Source: Mizuhopecten yessoensis
Lineage: Eukaryota
Assembly (NCBI RefSeq): GCF_002113885.1
Contig: NW_018406672.1
Coordinates: forward strand, 1,868,420 to 1,932,419
DNA: 64,000 nt
Direction: 5' to 3'
In this document: piece by piece, positions 49,566 to 61,366 of the stretch
Numbering within the stretch: position 1 is the stretch's first letter
Layout: every line of letters starts with the position of its first letter
Made by a program: the position numbers and the translations under genes
The notes under the pieces: model-generated
Database searches by the model: none
The model's input: only the letters and a program-made list of their open reading frames with translations
What the model was told of the DNA's origin: nothing

Positions 49566-51228
49566 CCTATACATATTTGTATGCAAAACAAATGTTTCTA
49601 AAGATATTAAGTCATGATCACAATGAAGCATAAAACATGTAATGAAACCCTTGATACACATGGACGCTTGAATAGTACCACAGATTAATTAACACATACA
49701 TTTACATGTACAGACAATTGCAAGTGAATGAAATAAGGCAACTATAGCTAGTTGCAAGTTTGCTCATGAAATGCGTCAACATATCTTGAATTGAATTTTC
49801 ACAAAATGCTTGTTAATGCAAATAATTGTGGTAAATAGCTGCTACATGTTAATCAGGGAGAGTGAATTGAAATTGAGGATACATACAACTTCATAAAATA
49901 CGGTAATGTTAGTTGGTAAATATCAAACATATTTACCTGGTGGTCTGGGGTAGTACGCCTTCGACATTGCATGGTCACAGATCGGCTGTACCTACATGTA
50001 AATGTCCATCCTGCAAATACAAATAACATATATGCATGATTATCTCCCTTAAAATGAAAAATAAAAATTTGAACAGTTGGTGATTACACTTGAAAAAGAC
50101 TTGAATCGTGAAATCAGATTAAACTGGCATTATAAATCTTTTTATTTTTTATTTTTTGTAATGATCATTAACTTTTTTAATTGATTTTTTTTTTAAATTT
50201 ATATAGTGTATATCAAAAACATTTGACTAAAATCAGTGTTTCTTTTATGTTATCTATTAGTTTAATAACTAGTGACAAACAAAAGAGGTGAGTTCACTTT
50301 GTAGAACTTTAAAACAGCTATTTATCTGGTAAACAGTGATGAAGTCTCTTCCACATGATCACCGATCAATTTTATTAACTAGAATCAAGAACCTTAAGAT
50401 TATTTTCTAGAAATGATTACAGTTTTCAAAAGGATCAATATCCACAAGGTTAAGTGGGATTGATATGTACACTAATATATGCATACCAAGAACCGCTGGC
50501 GGACTTCCCATGCAGTTCTCATGGACGATGCTGTAAAGAAGAGTGAAGAATTACAAATACATTTTGTCAGTTCATGGGGCCTGTGACTTTGGAATTGGAA
50601 AATTTGTGTTGCAGTTAACCAAACTTATGGGAGTGTTTCCCAAATTTTACTGATAATTGACTTTTTTTTAAAAGTCTGATCTTAAAGATTAAGTATCCTT
50701 ATTTATGAGAAAGATTTTTCATTTAAGATGTTAGATATAAGATGAAATTTATTTATTTATTAATGATTTAAATTGAGAAATTTTAAAGAGATTCTTTGGA
50801 AAAAATGCAGTGTTATCTATTAAAACAGCCTCTGAAAAACAAGAAGTGTTATACTAGAGCAGAGGGGGAACAAAAATCAGAATTGCAAAGGGCTATAACT
50901 CTAGTTAAAGTGGATGCAGGATCCTGAATTTAATATCCTTGACCTCATGCTGATTTAATATATAACTTTGGGAGGAAAATGCATGTTGAGGCAAAGTAAA
51001 ATCCTACACCTGTAGTATAAGGAGTTGTGGAATGTTTACCAAATGTTATGACTATAATTATAAAGACTCTATGACCAAGTATTAAACAAAGCGTAGCTGA
51101 ATCGAGTCATTTCGGTAGATATATAACAACTATTGTACATAGGCTTACAGCGTAGCCGAATCAACATCGATTTTCGTGGACAACTCGTACACATTTTACA
51201 CCTTTGTGTGCATACGCTTCACTGGCCA

Positions 51229-51324
51229 TTTGTCTGATGAAGGTGACAGTGTACATATCGTACTATAGTCATCGAAACGTCACACAGAAAATCTTATTGG
51301 TTGTGTAAAAAGAACTTTTCATAA
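51229..51324 (+). ncRNA. Penelope-type minimal type I hammerhead ribozyme motif within a ~95-bp repeat
   Basis: TGT-CTGATGA-A-GGTGAC-(agt GTAC atatc GTAC tata)-GTCATC-GAAA-CG-TC-ACA. Complete core, 6-bp stem II, palindromic ACGT stem III, TGT/ACA stem I; predicted cut after C51281. Confidence 0.7.
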
Positions 51325-51624
51325 CCCAACTGAACAAGTTTTGTTTTAATGTGAATTGCATTCAAACAACATTTCTGCCTTTATCGAAGATTTTTTATCC
51401 ATTTTATCCATTTAAGCGAATTTAAGTAAATTTATTTCCCTTTCCTGCTATGATCGATCAATGATCCATGGTCGTTGATTGAGATTTCAAAAGAAAATTT
51501 GTGATTTTCACCAAATGTATCTTTCTTTATGATGCTCAACATTAGGGGGACACTTGTCACACTGAAGTTTTTATTCATGTGACGTCATAGCTTCTCGCAC
51601 TAGTCCAAGTGTCTTTTGTATAAA

Positions 51625-52435
51625 AACAAGAGGCCCAGTATTGCTCACCTGTATCTTTTGTTACATAAAACTGACATATAGGTAACTTCAGACCGAATTC
51701 GGTAACTAGAACACAAGACTTTTTAACATCTCTTAAACAGTTCTTAAGATATTGTTGTTTGAAATTTGAAATTTGAATTTTAAATCTTTTAACCTATGTT
51801 GACCTTTGACTCCGGCTAGCACTTAAAGTTAACGTTTGACCTCATTACTGTAATTAAGAAAAAAAATCACACTGCTGATCTACAAAATATACCCAAGTAT
51901 CATAACTCTAGCGAATGGTTTTAAGATATTGTTGTTTGAAGTTTTTAACAAATTTGACCCCTGTGACTTTATAATTAGGTCAAGGTCATTTAATGAGGAA
52001 ACTTTATTGCATTCCATCCCAGGTACCTACTGGTTAAATATCATGACCCTGGGCCTTGTATGGAATTTGAGAAAAAAATTGTTAAAGCTCTTAACCCATG
52101 TTCACCGTTGAACCCCGACTAGCACTTCAATTTGACCTTTGACCTTAATGCTGTTATACAAAAAAAACGATTTACACAACACAGCAGATCTACATAACAT
52201 ACCAAAGTATTATGACTTTAGTCCAAATGGTTCTTAGGATATTGTTGTTTGAAGTTTTTTACATACGTGACCCCTGTGACCTTGAAACTAGGTCAATGTC
52301 ATTTTAATGAGGAAACTTTACAGCACTTAACCCCAGGTACCTAGCTACTGGCCATATATCATGACCCTAGGTCCCACAGTTCTTCAGAAAAAGTCGTTCA
52401 AAAGAAAAAAGTTGACGGGCCAGGTGAGCTAAAAA
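51625..52435 (-). mobile_element. Helentron/HINE-type element
   Basis: AACAAGAGGCCC..TTGCTCACCTG at the left end, CCAGGTGAGCTAAAAA at the right end; internal diverged repeats. Confidence 0.7.
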
Positions 52436-54321
52436 TCGGTTGTACATTTATGGCGTCTTATAATTACAAAAGCTATATATACGTCTATATAGGCCTAATA
52501 TTAATTATATAATAGATCATATACTTTGATGTGCACGATAATTGGTCACACCACGGACTTAGATAGCATCTATCTAATTCCGTGTTCACACACACAAAAA
52601 AAGTGATAATTCGCCAAAAGATGCATAAAAAGGCAATCAATATCAGAAACCATAGATATAATGTATAGGTCAGTATCAATTTAACAACGTGATCGACGCA
52701 TATTTTGCCATAATGTAGAAAATATATTAAACTTACCCTATAATGTCAGTCCATGAGAGTTGAAAGCACGGGAAGTTGTAACGCGAAGCTCGAGCTTGTT
52801 TTATGTGCATGTGACCAAGTGAATTTTCATTGGTCTAAAGGTTAGCACGAACTCATCAGTTTTCCATTAAATTCAATGACGCCGAGAACGAGGGGTTTTC
52901 GTCTGCTGGATAACCGAAATACGCGGTAGTGAAGCGGACGTAAAACATATCAATCAATCAATCAATCATTGAACGAACATGTACCTCTAGAGATCTGCTG
53001 ATGGACATTTTATATGGGATTATTTAGTGAACAAACACCTAAATCAGTGTCTTTTCTACTAGAAATCACAGGCGGACCTGATAATTTTGTTACACCTCAT
53101 GATATTTGGACCTAAACTAAGGTGTTTACAGTAATTTTTCACGTTTTAGGGGTTTAGATCAATTTTCGGTAAAAACGCCACCCCTAATAATGGTGGTAAC
53201 ACGCGTACGTATATGTATATGGGCTAGAAATACCAACCGTTTTAGTCTACAACCTGTATGAACCCCAGCATGAATTCCGTGGCACTCGAGCGTCACAAAA
53301 CCATTCTTTTTCATTTTTGACAAATTATTTGCAAGAAACCAATAGTAAATATATTGCATTTAACAGATATAACCCAGGGGTATAAAAAATAATATTATAA
53401 CAAATGTGTGTCGAGAGAAGAACGGTACAAGTGTAAATAAACGTTCTGTGTAATTTTTGTGTGTTTTAGAAATATATCTTAATACATTTCTCAGTGTACT
53501 TTATGTGAATTCGAAACCTTTGTTATTTTATGATATGAAAACTAGCGGAGCACGAGACGACTTCTTAACTCACATGATAGTGGAAGGCCGTCGCGGGAAA
53601 TCTGGTACGACATGCATGCTTTATGTAAAATGCTTTAAAATGCTATACGTTAGATGTGAAATGCGTAATGTGTAATTCTTCATGCATGCGACAAGCGAAA
53701 TTAACAGGTAATTAATTTTAATTTATCTTCATAATAGTCTCGTGAAACGCAATTATTTGAAAACCGTACTTTCAGAACTTGCCATATTTGAACAATCTAT
53801 TTTTTTCCAAAGTAGATCACGGAATTAGAATAGTTATCTAAGTCCGTGAGTAGATACAGTGGAAGTCTGTCTAGTTCTCTGTCTAATTCAATGTAACGCA
53901 AATGTATCAGATGTAACTAGATAGCCTAAATGGTGATTCCGTGATTTCTGTAAAAAGCATGTTCAAAGCAATTATCAATATTACCTATTTCGCAAGACCA
54001 CGGAATTAATCTAAGTCCGTGGCAAGACGTACGCGTATCTTTAGTTTGTTTGCCTTTCACAAGACGCATGGACTGGAGCATTTAGTTGTCGCATGAGCAA
54101 CACACATAAAGCATTTCACATACAGCATTAGCGTGAAGCATTTTACATAATTATCACGAAATAGTTTATTACGAGGTAACGTTATGGTGAAATTTGATGA
54201 TAATGTGCCATAATACATGCACCTGCAAAATGATATCGTATATGATGTTTCAAAATATATCTCATAGTAGGTATGGTATCATAAATAGTTATGATGTATC
54301 TTTAATGATATGGTATATATA

Positions 54322-54364
<43 letters not shown>

Positions 54365-54433
54365 CTTTTATGCCTATCTGATCCACGTTCGAAGCTTTCG
54401 AATTTCGCGCCATTTAACATCTGAATCTAGTGT

Positions 54434-54692
54434 AAAACGAAAGTAGAAACAAAAATGTTGTTATTAACATCATAGGGGTGTAAGTTTTAAATTAGCCCGC
54501 ACATTATATTCATACATTACGTCTCTTCCAAATAACATATAGCAATCGTGGAATTGTTAACAATATACACAGCGTGCATGCATATGATTCAGCATATTTT
54601 TACATGACCGTTACATATAATGACCTTATACCGAACGAGAATATACTTCCGGGTCAACATTAATTACTCTTGCTACTCAGTCTCAGGTAAGT
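54434..54692 (+). promoter_or_regulatory. Putative promoter and non-coding first exon of pirin B
   Basis: ISRE-like AAAACGAAAGTAGA (54434-54447), ETS-like ACTTCCGG (~54645), strong donor CAG|GTAAGT at 54687; matching acceptor TTTTCAG at 55909. Confidence 0.45.
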
Positions 54693-55568
54693 GATGCACG
54701 TTAGGGCGATTTAGTGGTATTTTTTTATCGGATTAATGGCAAGACATGAATTGAGAACGCTGTTTGTTGTGTAAGAAAACTGTCAAGTGAAGTCATATTG
54801 GTTTTGGTGTTAAACAGGTCAACCGTACAGTTAGCCTAATTATGTCACCGGCTGGGAGGTCAGATTGGATGTGAACATACGGATCGTAATGACATCATGA
54901 AAAATAAAGCTGAGTCGAGAAACTAGAACGGTCTATTGTTGACAGGTGAGTATATATACTCCTGTTGCAGTGCAGTTAATGCAAACTTTACATGTCCAGT
55001 AGTAGAACGTCTGATAAACCTAAACCCAGAGGAATAAATGGTACTTTAATCAATCCATGAAGGTGAGTATCATATATTTTTTCATTTATTTTACATGCTT
55101 CTGTGCCAGATACATGATCTGAGTCGACTTTAAGCTGTGGGTATTTCTCTTAATTTATCACAACAATTTTTAGCGAACTGGGAAGCTGGGGGTCGCTGTC
55201 CCCGGTGAAAGCAAATGATTATCTTCTCTATCTATTACAAATTGTGTACAAGTCCTTAGGCCTCCCTGTGGTGACAGTGAGCTAGAACCTGAGAAAAGGG
55301 ATCTTTGAGAATGTCAGTATTTCACTGAAACAGCCAAGAATTTTGGTTTGATCCCCAGGGGTGGCGGAACAAAGAGTGTGATGTCTGATGGGGTTAGTTG
55401 TTATCCCTCTGATGTCGCAGTGGTTTGCCCCTGCATACTTATAGCCAACTCTCCCTATTTAGGAGGGAGACCCCATGATTTCAGACCCTAACATTGAGCA
55501 ATTTGTACCAGTGAATTTGCTAAACTATTCCTATTTTCTAAGTTCTGATGATTTCATTTGAAATATGA

Positions 55569-55866
55569 TATAGTAGGACGAGTAAAAGTAATAAAGATAG
55601 TGCCGTCGCTGGGGCTCGAACCAGCGACCCTTGGCTCTCCAGCCTAATGCTCTACCGCTGAGCTAAAGGGAAATTCCCTACAGCTGACTCTTGTAAGGCA
55701 GCCTAATCATTGCACTTCTGTTACACTATTCCCCCTTTTTCAATCAGCAACCCAGGTTCTTTGACTCCCCGCCAAGGGTTCTCCTACCTTGAACGGGGAG
55801 GCCCCCCCGGGTCAACGGCACCAATTTGTAGTAGGAAGAGGAATAGTGATAAAGATAGTACCGTCT
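55569..55866 (-). mobile_element. Miniature LTR element (terminal-repeat retrotransposon in miniature) with tRNA-like LTR, Helenus-like
   Basis: Minus strand: truncated 5' LTR ending CCTACTACA (55827); PBS TGGTGCCGTTGACCCGG (from 55823); PPT GAAAAAGGGGGAA (55741-55729); 3' LTR TGTAAC...(A box TAGCTCAGCGG, B box GGTTCGAGCCC)...CCTACTATA (55725-55569). Confidence 0.75.
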
Positions 55867-55920
55867 CATTTGTTTATCATTGTTTAATTTTGTGTTTGTT
55901 CATTTTCAGACTTCATTTGA

Positions 55921-58900
55921 ATGTTGTGTGGTGTTCTGAGGATAAGAACACAAAATTCACTACTTATCTTGACTGCTGTGTTAGCAATTCTCAGGACCTT
56001 CCACGCTGATGTACCGGTCAAGAGTTGTAACTTGACCAGTCAATATAGATCCCTTGTTCCTGCACTGACTCAAACTGACCAGTACTGTTCTGTTATTGCT
56101 ACGATGACATCCAAGTCGGTGGTCAAATCTGTCCTTAGCGTGGAGCAAGATGAGGGTGTGGGTGCCCGTGTGCGCAGGAGTGTCGGGCGTGCAGAGGTCA
56201 GTCAAAATTCATGTTCATTAGAAACACAGTTCATTGGGACTACCAGAAATCATTATAATTAAAGGGTGAAGTAAACATTACAGTCTTTAAGAGATGAAGG
56301 GTTTTGATAATTGACACAAATTCTTAAATCATCCACTCAAATTCTGTGTGTCACATTCAGTCTTTTAATTCATTAAATGATATATTTGTTCGCAGTTACG
56401 GAATCTTGATCCATTCCTGATGTTGGATGAGTTCAAAGACAAACAGCCTGGAGGATTTCCAGATCATCCCCATAGAGGATTCGAAACTGTAAGATATCCA
56501 TACCAGGGGTAGTCCTGGAGGAAAGCAATAAAGACCAATGGACCCCCCCACCCCCCCAAAAAAAATGAATTTGGCCTGTTATGTTTTCTTTTCTCTTGAA
56601 TTTTTAATAGAATGGCCCCTGTAATTTTGTATATTGACAAAACAAATCTAAAAATGGCCCATTGCTCTCAGCTACAAGGATTTTACATGTATACAACATA
56701 CCACATCTAACCATGTAAGCCATTCTAAGTGCCCTGTGCTATTTTCATATGAAGAACACTCATTGTTGCCACGGTCAGTTGATGAGAGCTCTTGTTTACG
56801 TTGCATTCTTCCTGCTCCGTTTCATTTCCACCTGTACGTTACTTACAGGTAACCTACATCCTGAAGGGCGCCATCAGACATGAAGACTTCTGTGGCCATG
56901 CAGGTACAATTAACGAAGGTGACCTACAGGTGAGTCTATAGCCATGACATGTAGCCTGACTATAAATGTAGACCTGATAGGTGTCGTTACTGCGTAAGAT
57001 ATAATGGATCTTACTTGAGTTTCTTTTGAATACAGTATATATTTCGTGAGTATGGCAGAATACCAATGTTATACTCATTAGTACGAAGCAGGTGGGAAAA
57101 TTATTAGTACATCCAGCTTCTCATTTCCGTGTGTGTAAGATAGAGCTGCCCAGGGTAAAAAAAGGAATAAGGAAATTTCTATCCTACACACCATTTCACG
57201 TGACATGACGTCACAATAGCTCAAAATTTGGAAATTCTTAGATGCCACGATGCGGAAAAGGTGACGTGATGAAATTAAAACCTTTTACATTATAGTTACC
57301 GTATACTTTAGAAACATGTTATTCATTTTTCTGCACAAACTCTGTTTGCTAATATGGGGTTTGCTAAATCTGTCTGACAGATTCGTTTTCGTCTAGAAAA
57401 ATATTTTTAAAATGTTGGCAAGTCCAAACACATTTTCATGGTTTCTGAGTTTATATTGGTGGTTGGAATGAGAGAAAAATACCCTTTCAGGCCAAAGTGT
57501 GTATGAAAGGGAAATTCCACCCTCTGGATCTTCAAATTTGGCATATTTACGGTTAATAACTTTGACCTTGGCCTGTTTTGATAAAGACTGACTGTTTTTC
57601 CTGTTTTAGTGGATGACCGCCGGTCGAGGTATTGTCCACTGTGAGATGCCGTGGGGTGACGGAATTACCCATGGCCTCCAGCTGTGGGTCAATCTGTCTG
57701 CTAAAAACAAAATGATCAAGCCGGCCTACCAAGAATTACTGGACAAGGACATTCCTCGGACCACCAAGGATGGGGTCACTGTCAAGGTCATCGCTGGAGA
57801 AGCTTTTGGCATTAAGGTATAAGATTTGGTATTTGTTTTATCCCGGTGTGTTGGTCAACATGTTAAAGTCCAATATTTTAACTTAATTAAATTGTTTAAT
57901 GTGTTGTATTGTTTTAGTTTTAACTGATAACCAAATCGTAATAAAATATTTTGGCCTTTGATATTCCGGCTTTGCATATTGTAGAGTTATCTTCTCTTGT
58001 GAGCAGGTATTGATTGTTACGTCATTGGTTTGTGAGAGTAACGTCAACAATTTTTGAGAAAACGACGTAATTTTTTCACGCAAACCAATGACGTAACAAT
58101 CAATACCTGCTCACAAGAGAAGATAACTCTGCAATTTGCAAAGATGGAAAAAGTATTAGACTAATGATTAGAATCATTGGTGTGATGTAACACAATCAAC
58201 ACAAACCTTTAAACTCAATCACCCCTGACATTTTATAATGAACTATTCCAACCTTTGAATTGGAAGAGTTCAAATGTGTCTTCAGGGGTGAATGAATTGA
58301 TGTTATTTGTCATAATTCTATAATTCATGTAAGTTTCTAGTGATATTTCAGTTTTCCCATGACATCAGAACATTAACATATCCTAGTTTTTGTCCTAGAT
58401 TTCTGAAGGGTCAATGTTTTGTGCTAGAGGAAATTTCCCTTTAGCTTAACTAGTAGAACAGCGGACTGGGAAGCTGGAGGGCGCTGGTTTTATCCCCGGT
58501 GTAAGCACACTACTCGCTTTCCCATTTCAGTAGTGAAATATTTCTTTTTTAATATCCTTTTTTTAGCATTAAGTATTTAATTTGTTCTTGTCTGTAGTCT
58601 CCTGTGTACACACGTACCCCAACTATGTACCTGGATTTCAAAATGGATCCTGGCACGAAACTAGCCCAACCCATACCAAAGGGGTTCACATCATTTCTCT
58701 ACATCTTACAAGGAACTGGACACTTTGGTAAGTCTGTAAAAATTAAACTGTTGTTAATATTTTCCTTAACATAATTCAATTCCTACATAATCAAGGATAT
58801 CTTGTGTCCAAAATACTGTTAACTGGGAAAGTTAGTTCTAAGCCTCAATAAATGATTTTTACATCGTAATAGTTTAGATCTGTCCAGTGTTTAAAACCCT

Positions 58901-61320
58901 TTCACCACTGTAGACCATAATGGCCTCATCCAGATCTATGCATGGTAGAGTCTTCTAAAGTTGCATAGGGGTGAAAGGGTAAGTCTATAGTGGTAATAAA
59001 ATGTATGGTTTTAAAATGTGAACCAGGCATAATTCCTGTCTAGAGTTCAGCTCCCGGGATCAGGCATGGTCTTAAAATAATTTCATTATTTATCTTATGG
59101 TGGAACAAGAATTGGTTTAATCAAATTCCGATGTGTAGTAGCTAGTAGAGATACAATTTGTCAATTGCCATGATCTTTGTCTTCTTACCTCCCTTGTTTT
59201 TTGCTCTCTTAGAGTACAAGATACTCCAATTTTTCCGCGGATGAAGAATGGTGTAGAATGTTTCATTGATCAGTTCTTTATGATTATAAGCCTTTATAGG
59301 GACAAGGTTTATAAATTATTGGAAAGTTTATAAGATGTCAGTATACCCTGACATTTCCTTCAGATTCCTTTTAAGGTTGTCTGATGAAGGTGACAGTGTA
59401 CATATCGTACTTAGTCATCGAAATGTCACATAGAAACTCTTATTGGTTGTGTAAAAAGAACTTTTCATAATACCCTGACTTTTTATTCTGTAGGGGACAG
59501 TGCACACCAGAAGGAGGTCGACACCCATACTACCGCAGTGCTGAGTAAGGAGGGGGACCAATTAGAAGCCTACAATAAGGTAGTAATGGGAATCTTTTCC
59601 ATTTTCAAAATTAATTATCGGTGGCGCATTACCGATTGATTATTGATTATACGTATACCAGGTAATTGATTTTATAGATAAACTTTAGATAAATTTAAGT
59701 TGTGTGCTTTTCTTGTCGAAAAATCTAGTAACTTTTGAAAGAGTATTTTAATTAAGGAAACATCCAGTTTTAAAGCCAACCTACATTGTATTTCCAAATT
59801 CATTTTCAATGCAACTTATATATTTATCAGACCCATATTTTATTACCAGAAAAACAATTTTGTGGTGATAATCATCCTAGTTAAAGTTAAAAGGCTAGAA
59901 TTACAAGTTTTTTTTAAGAAATATTTTTAAGGTAAAACTTTTAAAACATTGTTGGTTTCTAGAGAAGAGAGGGCCGGCATTAGACAGTGTTGGCATACAA
60001 GAGGGGGGAAATGGCAAGGCTAATAGTCAGGGATCCCGATTAGAAAGGGCTGGATGAGATAGGTTATACCCTGTAATACATTGGTAATGGACCCAACAAG
60101 TGTATATATGTGTATTTAGCAGAATTAACTATATAGACTTTTAACGTCCTTGACTTTTGTCATGTTTCAGGGTAAAGAGATGCTCCACTTTGTTTTGATA
60201 GGAGGGGAGCCACTGAACGAACCAATAGTTCAACATGGTGAGAACTTAATCTTTGTAAATTTAAAAAAACAAAATGTTTGCAATTTTTGGTTTTCTAACA
60301 ATTGAAAGATTGGAGAACAAATGAAGTCTAAAATTAATCAAAAATTTTGGAATTGGAAGGACACATTGTATTGTCTTTACTATCGGACAAAGGTAATAAC
60401 ATGAAATATATTTCAATTCTATATCAAAATTTTACTTAATCCATAAACAATGTACGTTTTAAATGGGTCGAAATGTTTCAAGACAGACTGCAGGTTCCAA
60501 TCGTCAAGTTATATAACTGGGTGAGGCGCTCAGTCATAGCTTGACAAATTTAGGGACCATGTTTAATGCAAACATTATTTTTATAAAAAGTAAAACTTTG
60601 ATAAACTGATGAACCTTATTAAATATTTTTTTTAATACTGTGCAAATGGCCTGGGTTTTAATTACCGTAAAACTTGATTCTAAGCAATCTTATATTCCAA
60701 GGGTTATTTTGGCATTACAAAAGTGTTCGGCACTCAAGGAATAGGTATATATAAAGTAATTACGAAGAAGAAATAAAGACCTTGAAAAAATAATGGTAAT
60801 AAGAGAGGAGGTTAATGATACATGGGGCAATGTATCAAGGTTTAAGTGTAAATTTCCCTCAAATCCTAACTGTTGGGAAACTTTGACGAAAAAATGGTTT
60901 TGAAATCATATCTGTCTTTATTAGCAAAAAAATATTGAACTTGTTAATTGGCTGTGAAACAATGCGAAACAACAAAAAAATGTGAAAACCCCCTACAAAA
61001 AAAATGCTCAGTTTTCCTGACCAGGTCCTGACCGCAACAAATGCCTTACTTTCAATATGTAATCAATGTTATAGTTCTTGTCAAGTTTTGCAAATATATT
61101 TCTTCAAGTCTAGACCTGCTTTCTTCAAAACTTTCAAATGAACTATAGAAATGAGAATTTTGACCCCATCTCTGACCAACATGTTTTAGGTCCATTTGTG
61201 ATGAATACCAACCAACAAATACAGCAGGCTATCGATGATTACCGAAACGGTAAAAACGGATTTGACGGGGTCAGAACTTGGCAGTCGGAATACGTGAAGA
61301 AACAGAGAAGCCAGCACTAA
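55921..61320 (+). CDS. PIR: Pirin paralogue B, 295 aa from ATG 56104 or 356 aa from ATG 55921; exons 55921/56104-56196, 56396-56488, 56849-56929, 57610-57816, 58598-58727, 59494-59579, 60171-60237, 61190-61320
   Basis: Internal exon sizes (93/81/207/130/86/67) match paralogue A. Motifs [56 protein letters not shown]. Confidence 0.95.
57964..58149. mobile_element. Long palindromic MITE in intron 4 of pirin B
   Basis: AGAGTTATCTTCTCTTGTGAGCAGGTATTGATTGTTACGTCATTGGTTTG has a perfect reverse complement at ~58081-58130. Confidence 0.8.
59378..59470 (+). ncRNA. Second copy of the hammerhead-bearing repeat, in intron 5 of pirin B
   Basis: TGT-CTGATGA-A-GGTGAC...GTCATC-GAAA-TG-TC-ACA; highly similar to 51231-51324 over ~93 bp; C>T change in stem III. 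Confidence 0.6.
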
Positions 61321-61366
61321 CATACATGTAGGTCATGTTTGTTATCAGATTTATCACTTTAGCTAC

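Noticed and set aside
52812-52865. Minus-strand CTGATGA-hairpin-GAAA-ATTC as a hammerhead
   Set aside because: A stem II is possible but stem I cannot pair, and there is no second copy.
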